Of a stretch of DNA of 64,000 nt, positions 54,555-64,000 are shown in pieces (the stretch's first letter is position 1; every line of letters begins with the position of its first letter). The stretch comes from Octopus sinensis. Taxonomy: Eukaryota. The stretch lies in the NCBI RefSeq assembly GCF_006345805.1, contig NC_043004.1, positions 20,026,001 to 20,090,000 on the forward strand. Reading direction: 5' to 3'. The notes below the pieces were generated by a model, which was not told where the DNA came from, did no database searches, and was given only the letters and a program-made list of their open reading frames with translations. The translations under genes were made by a program, and so were the position numbers.

Positions 54555-54680
54555 AATGGAATTGGGATGATTGACATTCAACGCTGGAAAGAAAAATCAA
54601 ACAGCGTTTCAACTCTGTGTGAGAATAGGTGTATGTGTGTGCGTGTACAAGGGAAGTATGTGAATGTTTGTATGGATCGA
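54140..54680. repeat. Diverged ~190-bp tandem repeat (about 3 units) with (TG)n
   Basis: ACATTCAACGC..GCGTTTCAACTCTGTGTGAG..GAAGTATGTGAAT at ~54207-54302 and ~54573-54664; weaker middle unit. Confidence 0.7.
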
Positions 54681-54789
54681 TGTCACATCTCAAAATACAA
54701 CCACTAGATAGCATTGAGAAGTGTATTAATTTGAATTACCATCCATATTCTATATTTTGTCCTTATTTCTGTATAAAATACTACAATTA

Positions 54790-54820
54790 GCCGTCAAAAA
54801 TGACGGCGTGGGGCTAGCTA
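54790..54820 (+). mobile_element. Helitron-like 3' terminus
   Basis: Hairpin GCCGTCA-AAAA-TGACGGC followed 5 and 9 nt later by CTAG (54813, 54817), then T. The 5' end was not located. Confidence 0.5.
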
Positions 54821-55181
54821 GTATATAATAATAAACCACAGATCTGGTAACCGCCGGATCAAAGGGTCAAATTACTTATACGCCGGGAGTTGACACACAG
54901 AAAGCGTGTTGTCATAAATACTCTGGTTTGTTCTATCATTCGCATATACCGTCAAAACCTGCGTGGGGGGGATTCCTCAGATAAGTAAATATACATTAAG
55001 GGGCTAATTCAACTGTGCGTCTAGTGTAAAGAAAATATTAGTGAAAGCTTCGAAAACTCGCACAGTAAGCATGCTCATTCAAGGTTAGAAGTGAGTGCTC
55101 ATTAAACATTCATTTGTAGCTTCGAGTACGTCCAATTATAATTATGCTTATAATTATAACAGTAGCAGCATCAACAGCAGT

Positions 55182-55557
55182 GGAGGCGCAATGGCCCAAT
55201 GGTTAGGGCAGCGGACTTGCGGTCGGAGGATCGAGGTTTCGATTCCCAGACCGGACGTTGTGTGTGTTTATTGAGCGAAAACACCTAAAGCTACACGAGG
55301 CTCCGGTAGGGGGGGCACCCCCGTTGTACTCTTTCGCTCCAACTTTCTCTCACTCTTTCTTCCTGTTTCTTATCCCCGACTTCCTACGCAACCACTGAGA
55401 CTGGATGCGCATTAATCCATCCGTCAATGCTCTCGGTGTCGGGGGTTGACCTACTTTCTCTTCTGCGGGTCATTCGAATAGCAAAGGACCACGTTTCGGA
55501 CTTCTTCCATTGGGACGAAGACCGCTTCGCTCAACAAACAAACAAACAAACAAACAC
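55182..55557 (+). mobile_element. tRNA-derived SINE family D, full length
   Basis: A box TGGCCCAATGG; B box GGTTTCGATTCC; (AAAC)n tail; probable 13-bp TSD (11/13) at 55168-55180 and 55558-55570. Confidence 0.88.
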
Positions 55558-56016
55558 GCATCAGCAGCAACTACAATGTAAGAGCACGTGAACGAAAATA
55601 TGTTGGAGCGTTCAATTAATGCCAGGCAAAATGAACGCTTTGCTTAGCCGAGAGGCGAATGATCCTACAAAATTCTCCACGGTATACAATATACATACAT
55701 AGATGCATTCATCTATATGGTATATAAAATTTCTAAGACTTTATAAATCCATACATATACACGAAAATTGTAAATTGTATAAAAATTCATAGACACATAA
55801 ATATTTATAAACTCATAAAAATTCATAAATATAAATATATAAAAATATAAGTTCATAAACGTACCTGCAAAGTCCGAATGCTCAAATTTGATTCAATGAA
55901 AAGGAAGATAAAAAAGCGAATGTAAAATGATTCATAAGGAATCTTAAACATGCAAAAAATCTCTCTGTCCTTCTCTCTATCTCTCTCTTTCTCTCTCTTC
56001 TCTCTCTCTCTCTCTC

Positions 56017-56055
<39 letters not shown>

Positions 56056-56099
56056 TATATAATATACATATACACACCATATATAAATATATATATAAC

Positions 56100-56146
56100 A
56101 AAATTGTCTGATGAACGGCAACGAGAAACTCAGAGTAACAGATTTT
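56100..56146 (+). ncRNA. Type I minimal hammerhead motif with canonical core, in a TA-embedded PLE terminal-repeat half (56100-56175)
   Basis: CTGATGA-ACG-GCAA-CGA-GAAAC-TCAGA-GTA; stem I AAAATTGT/ACAGATTT (7/8 including a wobble); stem II basal pair is an A.A mismatch. Same family as 17070. Confidence 0.72.
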
Positions 56147-56554
56147 GTTGAATTTTCTGCTGCTTTAAATAAAGTATATATATATATATATATATAATAT
56201 ATATATATATATATGCATGCGTACATATACATATATATATATATATATATGTTTGTATGTGTGTGTAATCAATTAATCAAATGACATACTAAGTGTATCT
56301 ACCTGTTTTGACTGTTAATTCCAGCATGCAGATATACTTAATATATCCTTTGATTAATTTTAATACTGCAACTATTTAATGCTTTTCTGGGGCTTCCAAT
56401 GGACTATATTATTGATTCTGTTATTATCATTTTAAAATTGTTACACTAGATAATAATAAAGTTAATGATATCTTCGCAAATTATTTTTCCGTGAGTTATT
56501 TTTCTCATGCAGTATTTGCACACACACACAAAGGCACACTCACACACACATTAA

Positions 56555-57105
56555 TGGCGGTGAATTAGCAGCATCGTTAGCACGTCGGACTATATGCTTA
56601 GCAGCAGTTCGTTGGTCCTGCTATTATTCGTATGCATGTATATATATACTTCTTCTGTTTCTTCTTCTTCTACTTTTTCTTCTTTTTCTTTTTGTCTTCT
56701 TCTTTTCTTCTTCTTCTTCTTCTTCTTCTTCTTCTTCTTCTTCTTCTTCTCTTCTTTCTTCTTCTCTTCTTATTATTATTATTATTATTATTATTATTGC
56801 TGTGTTGTTGTGTTGTCGTCATTGTTGTGATATGTAATATATATATATATTATATATATATATATATATACACATATGCCTATTACATATAAATGTATTT
56901 ACACACACAATACATATATACATATATCCATATTATGTAAATATATATGTATATTAGAGTCATGCTTACGCTCAAACACATCTACTTACATGGTCTGACA
57001 TCTACACATGAAGTACCAACCAGTCAAGTACTCGAATCGATGTAATCAACTAATGTCCTCTCCTTGAAATTGCTGGTCTTGCGCCAAAATATGAAACTGT
57101 TGTCA
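56555..57105 (+). mobile_element. SINE family A remnants (head 56555-56610, tail ~57015-57105) split by microsatellites
   Basis: GGCGGTGAATTAGCAGCATCGTTAGCACG head; AGTACTCGAATCGATGTAATC..GAAATTGCTGGTCTTGCGCC tail; (TTC)n/(ATT)n/(TA)n in between. Confidence 0.6.
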
Positions 57106-57212
57106 TTAGTGCTGTAGTTGTTATAAGTCTTCTGGCTGATAGTGTCATTATTATGGTTGGCATCATGATCATCACGATGAGGATAATCATCGTCGTCATC
57201 AACATGTTCAAC

Positions 57213-57282
<70 letters not shown>

Positions 57283-57729
57283 CGATCATCATCATCATCA
57301 TCATCATTTTCATTGTGTAGGGATATTGCACATTTAGTCCAGTTTCAAAGCAATCTTCTAGCGAATGTGAATTTGTTTGGTGAATTCCTGTTCCATATTC
57401 ATTGTATCGTTAATATCGCAATGCAAAGTTCGGTGAAGTAGCAAGTGGTAAGAAGATCGATCATCTTTATGAGACGCTAGCATTTTTGTCGAGGCATTCT
57501 TCTATTCTTATGGGGCTGATAAAATACAGTGCTGGATTCGATATAGCCAATTCATATCTATATTATAGTTGGTAGACGAGTGGAGCCGGTTGAGCATCGA
57601 AGACGATGTTTTACTGTGTCAGTGAACTTCCTAGGTTCAAATACTACACGAGATAACATTTTTATGCATTTTCTTGCATTAACTAATGGTCTCTACAAAT
57701 ATGTATATATATAATATATATTATATATA

Positions 57730-57763
<34 letters not shown>

Positions 57764-58359
57764 CTTATATATATCTATAATATATATATTATATATATAT
57801 ATATAGGTAAACAGTACAATTAAATACAGACATGGACAAGAACATGAAACCCACAGATACGACACAAAACCACAGGACGGGACATTCGAAGCCCTCAGTC
57901 ATCAGTCAAGAACCAGATCATCTAGCAATTCGCTGATTATATATATATTATCATTGATAGGGTAAAATTAATAATTTTACCAAGTATTTCTGAAGTATTT
58001 CTATATGTTAAAGAACCATTATCGGTCAACTTATACCATTTTTAAAAATATTTATAAGCATAATTATAATTAGGATTCATCGAAATTGCTTCACCACACA
58101 CCGAAATTTAGAAATAGCAGTTAAATACTATTCCACTACCATAAGATATCTCCCAGACAGAAATACTCCCAACTCACGCAGACAAAAAAAAAAACAGAAC
58201 GAATCCACCCGGCTTTGATCGACTATATACGCGTTTCTGGATTAAAGAGATGTAAAATATCATTTTTACTCACTTATTTCCGTCATCAGTATAGTATTTC
58301 AATTATAAATTTGAGAGTACTAATAATTAAATATGCATTCGACCAAATTGTATAGATAT

Positions 58360-58577
58360 ATGTGTGTGTATGTGTGTATATGTTTGCGTGTTTATGCTTG
58401 TCCCCCCAACATCTGTTGACAACCGATGCTGGCGTGTTTATGTCCCCGTAAACAGATAATAGAGACATACAGGATAAGTATTAGGCTTACAAAGAATAAC
58501 TCCTGAGGTCGATTTGCTCGACCAAAAGGCGGTACTCCAGTATGGCCGCAGCTATATGACTGCAATAAGTAAAAGAA
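58360..58577 (+). mobile_element. SINE family B, 3' half
   Basis: GACAACCGATGCTGGCGTGTTTATGTCCCCGTAA..CTCCAGTATGGCCGCAG..GTAAAAGA. Confidence 0.8.
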
Positions 58578-58773
58578 TGCAAACACAGATGCAAGCAAAC
58601 GCACATACACATATACGTACAAACATACATTTCTAAACTGCCTGAGCGACCGAATGTGGCCTGAAACTAGTGATGGAGTAAATAATAGCTATTTGTAAAT
58701 AAGCAGGTTTACATTCATTAAATGAATGTGACCGCAAAGCTTTTGTTTATATATGAATGTTTATATATGTATA

Positions 58774-58832
<59 letters not shown>

Positions 58833-58837
58833 ATATA

Positions 58838-58897
<60 letters not shown>

Positions 58898-59002
58898 TAT
58901 ACATACATACATACATTTACTTTATTATGAAGTTGACTTAGTATCTAGGTTATTTTATGCATATTTGAACCGCTGTTAATATTATATTATTGCAAGATGC
59001 TG

Positions 59003-59042
<40 letters not shown>

Positions 59043-59266
59043 TCTTTTACTTGTTTCAGTCCTTTGACTGCAGTTATGCTGGAGCACCGCCTTTAGTCGA
59101 ACAATTCTACCCCAGGACTTATTCTTTGTAAGCCTAGTACTTATTGTATCATTTTCTTTTACCTAACCGCTAAGTTACGGGGATGTAAACACACCAACAT
59201 CGGTTGACAAGTGATGGTGGTGGGGAGGGGGAAAACAGAGACACACAAACACATGCGTACACACAA

Positions 59267-59297
<31 letters not shown>

Positions 59298-59425
59298 CAC
59301 ACAACTGGCTTCTTTCTGTTTCCGTCTACCAGGTCGGGCCGATGCTATAATAGAAGCTACTTGCCCATGATACCATGCAGTGAGACTGAACTCAGAACCA
59401 TGTGTTTGGGAAGCAATTTTCCTTC
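59043..59425 (-). mobile_element. SINE family B, near full length, degraded head
   Basis: Aligns with 16515-16918. Confidence 0.85.
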
Positions 59426-59519
59426 TATTTACATAATATGATTTCACATCATTTGAGTCTTTACCCCTCAAGCATTCAAATAATTGTCCCGATAGTAATG
59501 TAAACGTGGGAATATATTT

Positions 59520-60260
59520 TTAAAGGACGTATTTTTAACGTTTACAATCTCTGTGATAAGCGATGCATTTATGCCATCGTTAAACAGAACTCACGAATCT
59601 TCTTTAAAACAACGTGAGCACTGTTGTGTCCGCCTCTTCTCTATCACTTTCACTTGGATTATAGTTATTGGACCGAAGAAATGAGAATCTGTTAAAGTTG
59701 TATGAGATCGTGCATTGTCATGATGAATGGGGATCAGCCACTTCTTACTAATGGCTTCTCTAGCATTTAAGTGTATCCCCGTGTCCCTCTCACAGTTCAC
59801 GGTATTGCCACGTCTAAAACATCAAGACACCTTGTAATTCCATCCAAATAGTCACCATGACCTCTTGTGGTATTTACTGGCTCTGAATTTTTTAGGCATT
59901 GGAGATGAAATATGTCACCATTCAAGGCACTGACATTTTTTAGGTCATAGAGATACGTCCATTATTCATCCGCAAAAATAGCATCTTCATTGCGTTCAAA
60001 CTTTCCAGTACATCAAAATAGACCTCCGCAATATGTTTCCTTTAGATCGTATGTCAAATGCAGAGATACCCACTTCACACCTACTTTCCGACACCCAGTT
60101 TCTTCTGACATCGGTAACACATTATGAAGGCAGTCCGGTTGTGTAGCGTGCTCACTTTTCAATTCCTCCACTTCCTGAGTATGATGAAGTCTCACTGCGT
60201 GGTTTGTTTTCAGTGTTTGCTACTCCTTATATTTTCTCATTCTTCTGTGCTCATTACTTT
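59520..60260 (-). mobile_element. mariner (DD34D-type) transposase remnant
   Basis: Minus strand: KVGVKWVSLHLT (WVPHxL), DE*WTYLYD (DETW..YD), IHHDNARSH (HHDNARPH). TIRs not found. Confidence 0.75.
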
Positions 60261-60763
60261 TGACAATAGTATCATCTGCGCAAACAAATTGTTTCCTTCT
60301 CTGGATGTCTTAGGAAAAAAGTGATAAATAAATATAATAGGAAACAGAAGTGAGCACTAAAAATAAAGAGGTGACGGGTTATAAATCAGGTGGGCTCTAT
60401 ATTCTAAGTGGCCAAATATAGATGGTCAACCCCTGGAACATTATAAGCAGCCACTCGTTGGGCATGCTCAACAACCACTTATTAAAGGTATTAAACATTC
60501 TGTTCTATCCACTCTCAGACTTATCTTTGCGTTAGTGACTGGACATAGCGTGTCACAACTATCGAATATATATCACTTTACTATAATGGCTGCCATGTCT
60601 ATACCATCTACAGCAGACGAGTTTCAACAATACTAGGCAATGATATAGCTTCCGTTACACACACATTAATATATATATATACAGAGTGAGAGAGAGAGAG
60701 AGAGAGAGAGATACATGTGTATATCTATCTATCTATCTATATATCTATCAATATGTATATATA

Positions 60764-60815
<52 letters not shown>

Positions 60816-60832
60816 AAAAATAAGAAAATGGA

Positions 60833-61000
60833 GATAAAATGATAACTGATAAACATCAATTATTATTTATTGTTTATGAGAAGACATATCTCATCTTACA
60901 GCTGTTTCACTTCGCACTGCTTTGGGCATAATAAGGTTTAATTATTACAATAATACTAATTATCATTGTAAATAATTATACCAACAGGGGAACTTCATTG
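60833..61000 (-). repeat. Truncated direct copy of the 61501 arm with extended-stem-II hammerhead remnant (60891-61000)
   Basis: Aligns to 61505-61680; core reads ACAATGA at the (TA)n junction; GAAAC-AGCT-GTA intact. Confidence 0.75.
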
Positions 61001-61087
61001 TATATATAAATGAATATATATATATAAATATATATATATTGGGAGAGAGAGAGAGAGAAAGAAAGAGCTACATGTGTATATCTATCT

Positions 61088-61117
<30 letters not shown>

Positions 61118-61118
<1 letters not shown>

Positions 61119-61348
61119 TTTCTTTACTACCCACAAGGGGCTAAACACAGAGGGGACAGACAAGGACAGACAAACGGATTAAGTCGATTAGATCGATCCC
61201 AGTGCGTAACTGGTACTTAATTTATCGACCCCGAAAGGATGAAAGGCAATGTCGACCTCGGCGGAATTGAGCTCAGAAGTAACGGCAGACGAAATACGGC
61301 TACGCATTTCGCCCGGCGTGCTAAGGTTTCTGCCAGCTCACCGCCTTA
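61118..61348 (-). mobile_element. SINE family A monomer (tail B) within a (TA)n tract
   Basis: Close match to the reverse complement of 18621-18851. Confidence 0.9.
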
Positions 61349-61351
61349 TAT

Positions 61352-61491
<140 letters not shown>

Positions 61492-61563
61492 ATATAAGAA
61501 AATGGTTATAAAATTGATAATTGATAAACCTCAATTATTATTTATTGATTATAAAAGACAATA

Positions 61564-61690
61564 TCTCATCTTACAGCTGTTTCTGTTCGCGCTATTTTGC
61601 GCATAATCAGACTTATTTATTAAAATAATAATAATTAACATTGTAACTAATTATGCCAGCTTAAATAGGGGAACTTCATCAGAGAGGAAA
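61564..61690 (-). ncRNA. Type I hammerhead motif with an 82-nt stem II extension
   Basis: CTGATGA at 61682-61676; stem II base AGTTC/GAACA; GAAAC; perfect palindrome ACAGCTGT; GUA with predicted cut between 61572 and 61571; stem I 7/8 pairs. Confidence 0.68.
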
Positions 61691-62086
61691 AATAAAGAAA
61701 AAGAAGAAAATGAAAGAGAAAATGAGAAAATAATGACATACCAATTATTGTTACATGCAATCCCTCTAAAAACCTTTCGGCCGACTGAAAATTTTAATTA
61801 ATCAATTAGAATAGTTACATTAATTAGTGCTACCCTAACTCTAATGTCTATCTACGGGTTGGGAAAGATTATATCTGCTGTAAGTTGAATATATAATAAC
61901 TGTAGGAGTATTTTGGTTCGGTCATGAAGTAAAAAGTAAAAAATACCGGGAGTTACAGAACTTTAAAATGATAACAGTTGACCATAATTTATTTATCGAT
62001 AATTTCCTAATTGATTAGCTTAATTAGATTAAATGAAGCGGCCTTTCAAAACAGTAAAAGTAAAAATTATAGCATATACTAAAAAT

Positions 62087-62165
<79 letters not shown>

Positions 62166-63140
62166 TAATCAAAATAGACATAAGTGTTCCATTTTGTAGG
62201 TACATATGCATAGATAGCTATAGCCTGTCCATCATTACATACACACATGCATATATACATGTTATATTATATTATATAACACATAAATAGTCGCTGTTAT
62301 CTTCTTAACCACTTGAAAAATACATGCATCAGCTTAAATATTATTTGAAAAATCCATTATTGTATAACAATCAATTAGCACACTGTTTTTTACTATATAT
62401 ATATGTGTGTGTGTATGTGTGTGTGTATGTGTGTGTGTGTAATTTTTATCTGCAATGCTATAAGCGACTTTATTACCCCTTACAACAAATACTACTTGTT
62501 TACCTGTTTCCGCTCCATCGGTTAACGGTTTTTACTTAAAATGAACATCCTTTTGTTTTTGAAAATTAACTGACCATCCTTACTTCAGAATTGGGGAGTA
62601 GAGCATGTTTTCCATCTAGAAAACAAAATAAGCATATATAAAATTATTGATATTTTCGTTAATAATCTTCACCCATGTTATGTAGATGTGTCGGGCAGGA
62701 AATTGCACCAACTTTTACGCTTTCTTTTGTAGAATTGTATTAGATTTGACTGCTGCTATTATCACTTACGCCAAATAGAAATATTTTGCCTCCCAGTTTA
62801 ATTAATTTTCCGGTTTTGAAAAGACCCTCATTTAGTTTAATTATGTTAATGGATTAGGAAATTACCGATAAATAAATGATGGTTAACTGTTATCATTTAA
62901 GTTTTGTAACTCCCGTTATTTTTACTTTTTACGTTTTAATTTTTACTTTATGACATAACCAAAGTACTCTCACATTTATATATTTAAATTACGCCCGCAG
63001 TAGGCTTCTCCAATCCGTAGATAGACATATACCACTAAATATAATAAGTATTCTAATTGTATAAGTTTACGGATTGATAGCATGTCACATCAGTTGGTAT
63101 ATCCTTATTTTCTCTTTTTCTCTTCTTTCTTTTTCTTTAT

Positions 63141-63248
63141 TTTATCGCTCTGATGAAGTTCTACTATTTAAGTTGGTATAGTTAGTGTGTAATAATTAAG
63201 TCTAATTAAACCCAAAATTGCGCAAACAGAAACAGCTGTAAGATGAGA
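63141..63248 (+). ncRNA. Type I hammerhead motif with a 62-nt stem II extension
   Basis: CTGATGA at 63150-63156; AGTTC...AAACA; GAAAC-AGCT-GTA ending at 63240; weaker stem I. Confidence 0.6.
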
Positions 63249-64000
63249 TATTGTCTTTTTATAATCAATAAATAATAATTGAGGTTTATTAATTACCAAT
63301 TTTATCTCCATGTTAAAAATGAAAAAATAAATTATGAATGACATCTGTATGAGCTTGGATTATTGGATAGTGAGAGGGAGATTAGAGTTAGAAGGTTGTA
63401 AGATTAGAGGAAGCCATCTGAGGAAAACCTGTCAGCCCTGTGAGTCTCATATTATAATTGATGGCGGGGAGAGTTAAACACCAACTGGTTATATTGGTGA
63501 TAGCTATACAAAACATAGCAGTATAAAAGAATAATGGCACACTTGTGGAGAGCATATTAAATGGACCTAGCTTAACCCCTACTGTCATGATCCATCATTG
63601 ACTCAGGTCCGCCATATCAAGGCCATAATACACCGTGTTGGTTATGTTCGAAGGAATATTTACATATACTGCTACATAACTCAGCACAGTTATTAAATAA
63701 GCAGCATAAATCATTTTCCACCTGTGTCCATAAATATTTCAAAATAGTCGACCACACATCCAAAAGCGACATCACTACTACTTCTGTATAGCTGTCTAAC
63801 ACTTAACAATCACTGTTATAGCAATGTAGATGTGGCATTAGCTCACTTAATGAAATAAATACTTTTATCCTAACATTACATATTTCTGTTTTATTCGATA
63901 AACTTCTACTTTATCCTACTCCCCTAAGTCATATTCGATACGTCACTGACCTCATAATTTATGTAACGCCTCTTCACTTGCAGCACAATTATTATTAAAT

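Larger units (their letters stand above)
61501..63310. repeat. Large foldback: arms ~61501-62054 and ~62810-63310, ~750-bp spacer
   Basis: Arms align as reverse complements along their length, e.g. CTCAATTATTATTTATTGATTATAAAAGACAATATCTCATCTTACAGCTGTTTC and GGGAGTTACAGAACTTTAAAATGATAACAGTTGACCAT. Each arm carries a hammerhead motif near its outer end. Confidence 0.85.

Noticed and set aside
55182-55260. tRNA-like sequences here and at 37340-37415, 16850-16918, 9706 and 30292
   Set aside because: A/B boxes are present, but no full cloverleaf is evident and each continues into a SINE body; these are SINE heads, not tRNA genes.
57860-57930. CTGATGA on the minus strand in a short repeat
   Set aside because: No stem II or GAAA partner, so not called a hammerhead.
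63310-64000. Possible decayed retroelement body next to the large foldback
   Set aside because: No RT or endonuclease motif could be read in the short ORFs there.

Overview
This is AT-rich, microsatellite-dense eukaryotic DNA. The repeat families look like those of a coleoid cephalopod (Octopus-like); that assignment is from memory, not a database search. I could not confidently identify any intact host gene; one weak candidate exon lies at 38176-38446 (-). Nearly all listed ORFs are microsatellite artefacts or decayed transposon pieces. The window holds four tRNA-derived SINE families, Tc1/mariner elements and MITEs, one hAT (Buster/Charlie-like) element with TIRs and TSD, RTE-like LINE fragments, a Helitron-like 3' end, and several Penelope-like element (PLE) fragments (RT and GIY-YIG). 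The main signal is a set of about 12 type I hammerhead ribozyme motifs (a few near-intact, most decayed) next to PLE debris and (TA)n tracts. Each family has its own palindromic stem III. One family has stem II expanded into a 62-82 nt rod hairpin, with compensatory base changes across three copies. Several motifs sit in long foldback inverted repeats. A chimeric SINE trimer with a perfect 18-bp TSD is also notable.
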